In this document: in pieces, positions 61,260-64,000 of the stretch
Layout of the letters: each line of letters starts with the position of its first letter
How positions within the stretch are numbered: the first letter of the stretch is position 1
The notes under the pieces: model-generated
What the model was told of the DNA's origin: nothing
Database searches by the model: none
Seen by the model: only the letters and a program-made list of their open reading frames with translations
Assembly (NCBI GenBank): GCA_013115145.1
Contig: JAAPAO010000074.1
Span: 1-64,000, forward strand
DNA: 64,000 bases
Reading direction: 5' to 3'
From: Perkinsus chesapeaki ATCC PRA-425
Taxonomy: Eukaryota; Protista; Perkinsozoa
Translations under genes and position numbers: made by a program

Positions 61260-61469
61260 GGAGGAGAGGGAAGCCATCGTGTATAACCGATACCGCGAGG
61301 ATCATCTACCCGACGACGCCCTTCGTGATTTACAGGGGGGAACATAACTATAATTGGTTTCATTTATCGTTAAAGAAGTATAAAAACGATAACATATATC
61401 TACTATAGAGAAACGTCGCATAGGACATGATAGGACATGTTACAGGTTATAATGTAATGGTATCATCAT

Positions 61470-63890
61470 TCAGTTATACTCTAGCTTATCTCGAATATGC
61501 CATGCATGCTCCCATAATAGAGTTAGGGTCTCGTCATCTAATGGTACTTGAGATACTTCCAGGGCTAAGATAATATCCTCCAGTGGTATCAAACCATCAG
61601 CTGCTGCTATAGCGTGTACTAGAAACAAGGGTAGGATAGCTCCTAGGGACTTCACAGCCCGGGTAAGAGCCTCCTCGTTATGTTCAGTTAGACTGTAAAG
61701 GACTCTTTGGGCCAGGCATCCGCAGTTGGCATTCTGGTGATCTTGGCGATTCATGCATCGTAGAATGCCGGGAGAGGATTGCCTTGGGACGCTTAGGTTG
61801 AGAGAATTCAGCGCTTGAGATAGAGTGATAGACCCATCCGATAGTGGGAAGAGCCCTGGTGGATACTTCACCATCAACTCGAATGGTACCGTATGGTCCA
61901 TAAGGATATCCATATACCGCCGAGGGTGCAGCATGACATGAGGGGACAGTCTAAGGTATTGAGTAATCTCCTTATACTTATCGCCAAGGGCTGCACATTG
62001 CCATCTGATCTCATCACATTTACGTCTACTTGTGATTGCAGTGGCGGTACTGCCGTCGGCTATTGACATAGCTCTCTGGGCTGCCTCCCATCCAAGAGTG
62101 CTGAAGGCCTCGTAGAGCTCGTCTCTAATCACCTTAACCTCCACAAGGGAATGACAGTCGGCCTCTAGCGCATCAATGACCCACGGAGGCGTTATGGGCT
62201 CCTCCACTAGCAGTGAAAGACCAGAGTGCTTCGTGACGAGACACGAAGATAGAGACAGCAATCGTGCACGCGACTCCACTTGGTACACTGTCGCACGATC
62301 AACACTAGCATAGGAATTTCGGCTCATGGAATAGCCTACCACACTTACTGGCCTCCTCCAGTTATAAGTGGATATAAATAATGTTGTACAGCCAGAGGGC
62401 GGATGTAATGACGTGATACCGTCTGAAGGATGGGCATGCCGAATGCTACGCAGACAGCAAGGGCTAGGCGGACCCGTGAAGCCAGTGTTTATTGCACTTG
62501 GGAAGTTAGATAAGTTAAGCACTTCAACAGAGTCACTAGTAGGCCCATCTTCTGTACTATGCCTATCAGCCAGGGAATGAGTCTTAGAACGCCGACTGCT
62601 GCTGCTGTTGCCACTGACGACACTTCTCTCTTCTGAAGTGGGGATTGGCAGTCTAGCCGGCAATGAGCGAGGATGGGGGGAAGGTGATAGTAATGATATT
62701 GACAGTAGTGTAATGTGAGGAGGCATGCCTATGACATTAGGCTTTATTAATGCTGTTATAGAAGGGCTCGTACTATAGGCACCAATGTGAAGCAGTACCC
62801 CTTGCATTTGGGGACCAAGAGTGCTAACTGATACAATGGGGGGACAATTATTGTGTTGAGACATATACATAAACTCATAGGCCACTTCAACTGTTTCAAC
62901 ATCTAACAGATATGCCCGTTGCTTACTACCACTAGCGATAGATAAGACATGTCGATCGGTCAGAACCCATAACATACCAAGGCTGACAGACTTGCCATCA
63001 TTAGATGAAAACTTCAAGGTGTTCTGTACAGAGAGCGTAGTATAGTTACAGCTGTCGTCTAATAGATTGATATCAGCAAGCCATATCCTTCCACCAGGTC
63101 GAGCACAGCAAACACGGCCATCATCTAATAAAGCACCACCAAACCTACCATGATGCTCTCTAGACCCAACCCATACAGGTTGTTGTTCTGTATCACTTAG
63201 CCGTACAATGCATACTCTAGAAGTGGTAGCTATTAGCAGTAGTCCTTTGGGTAGTACCCGATCACTGTATACCATAGAGAGTATCTCATCACCGTTAAGA
63301 GAACAGTCAATGGGAATAGGGTCACCACTATCATCTACAATACGGAAGATCTCTCCTTGGCAAGTACCAGCATAGATATCTCTACCCTTTCCAAATGATA
63401 AAGCTGTGACCATACTGCCAAGGCTTTTATGATACTGTATATCGACACTACTTGGTGTAGCACATATCAGATAGACTTTACTGCTACCAGGTGCTGTACT
63501 ACAATGGCAGGCTACGGCCAGGCAGCTACCATCGCTTGAAACCGTGGCTGCCACTATGGGTCCTTCTTCTTCTAGTTGCACCCCCGATACTCTCTCCCTA
63601 CTGAATACCGCCAATCTCCGTGAGCTGCTACTGTCTATAACGTTAAGAGCAGCTGTGTTAACATGGTTCCCTTCTTCTATTGCCCAGAATAATGGTTTGA
63701 CACCTTTTATGCTACGACACAGAGATAAGTATGAAAGCTGTTGAGTGTGGTGCATTGATTCATGTTGTGGTTGATGGAGCCTAGCTGTACTCTCTTTGGT
63801 ACTATCAGTCTCATGAGATGATGATGCAGTATCGGACACTGATGATCCTACAGTAAAGGAAGAGGCTCCTGTTGGGGATGGTAATACCAT
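61470..63890 (-). CDS. HPS5/TECPR2(pink)-like WD40 beta-propeller protein, single exon
   Basis: Propeller blades (VSSDGSCLAVA, VTALSFGKGRDIYAGTCQGEI), then WVGSREHHGRFGGALL...CCARPGGRIWLADI, resembling the G.yGAcF...yaRPG.RlW.ad motif of HPS5/TECPR2. Helical C-terminus. Confidence 0.65.
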   Translation of the reverse strand: MVLPSPTGASSFTVGSSVSDTASSSHETDSTKESTARLHQPQHESMHHTQQLSYLSLCRSIKGVKPLFWAIEEGNHVNTAALNVIDSSSSRRLAVFSRERVSGVQLEEEGPIVAATVSSDGSCLAVACHCSTAPGSSKVYLICATPSSVDIQYHKSLGSMVTALSFGKGRDIYAGTCQGEIFRIVDDSGDPIPIDCSLNGDEILSMVYSDRVLPKGLLLIATTSRVCIVRLSDTEQQPVWVGSREHHGRFGGALLDDGRVCCARPGGRIWLADINLLDDSCNYTTLSVQNTLKFSSNDGKSVSLGMLWVLTDRHVLSIASGSKQRAYLLDVETVEVAYEFMYMSQHNNCPPIVSVSTLGPQMQGVLLHIGAYSTSPSITALIKPNVIGMPPHITLLSISLLSPSPHPRSLPARLPIPTSEERSVVSGNSSSSRRSKTHSLADRHSTEDGPTSDSVEVLNLSNFPSAINTGFTGPPSPCCLRSIRHAHPSDGITSLHPPSGCTTLFISTYNWRRPVSVVGYSMSRNSYASVDRATVYQVESRARLLSLSSCLVTKHSGLSLLVEEPITPPWVIDALEADCHSLVEVKVIRDELYEAFSTLGWEAAQRAMSIADGSTATAITSRRKCDEIRWQCAALGDKYKEITQYLRLSPHVMLHPRRYMDILMDHTVPFELMVKYPPGLFPLSDGSITLSQALNSLNLSVPRQSSPGILRCMNRQDHQNANCGCLAQRVLYSLTEHNEEALTRAVKSLGAILPLFLVHAIAAADGLIPLEDIILALEVSQVPLDDETLTLLWEHAWHIRDKLEYN

Positions 63891-64000
63891 ACAACAAGCA
63901 ATGACTATTAAAGGTGTACTTGTTATTGACAGCAGCAACTAAAGAGATATATGATATGGTATATAGGAAGAGAAACAATACACAGTACAACAACAGCAAC

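Overview
Eukaryotic, gene-dense window with many short (~40-55 nt) GT-AG introns. It most likely comes from a Perkinsus-like alveolate parasite; this is inferred from intron size, gene density and the style of the secreted-protein families, not from a search. Left part (1-~24 kb) is accessory-like. It holds two paralogous PAGNNYCF secreted-protein genes and two decayed minus-strand retroelement remnants (one with RT, one gag-like) that end in the same ~96%-identical repeat. It also holds a multi-exon phospholipase B-like gene lying between those repeats, an amino-acid transporter, a Zn-finger/coiled-coil gene and a tandem triplet of novel secreted beta-rich proteins. Right part (~25-64 kb) is housekeeping-like: two EF-hand proteins, a probable mitochondrial protein, a myristoylated twin-CX9C protein, AP-3 mu, a GBF1-type Sec7 ARF-GEF, a Glo3-type ArfGAP, prephenate dehydratase, tRNA-Gln(CTG) and an HPS5/TECPR2-like beta-propeller. 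Most striking is a gene in which four EF-hands are spliced in frame to an intact DeSI/PPPDE cysteine-peptidase domain. All gene models were assembled by eye, so boundaries of multi-exon genes are approximate.
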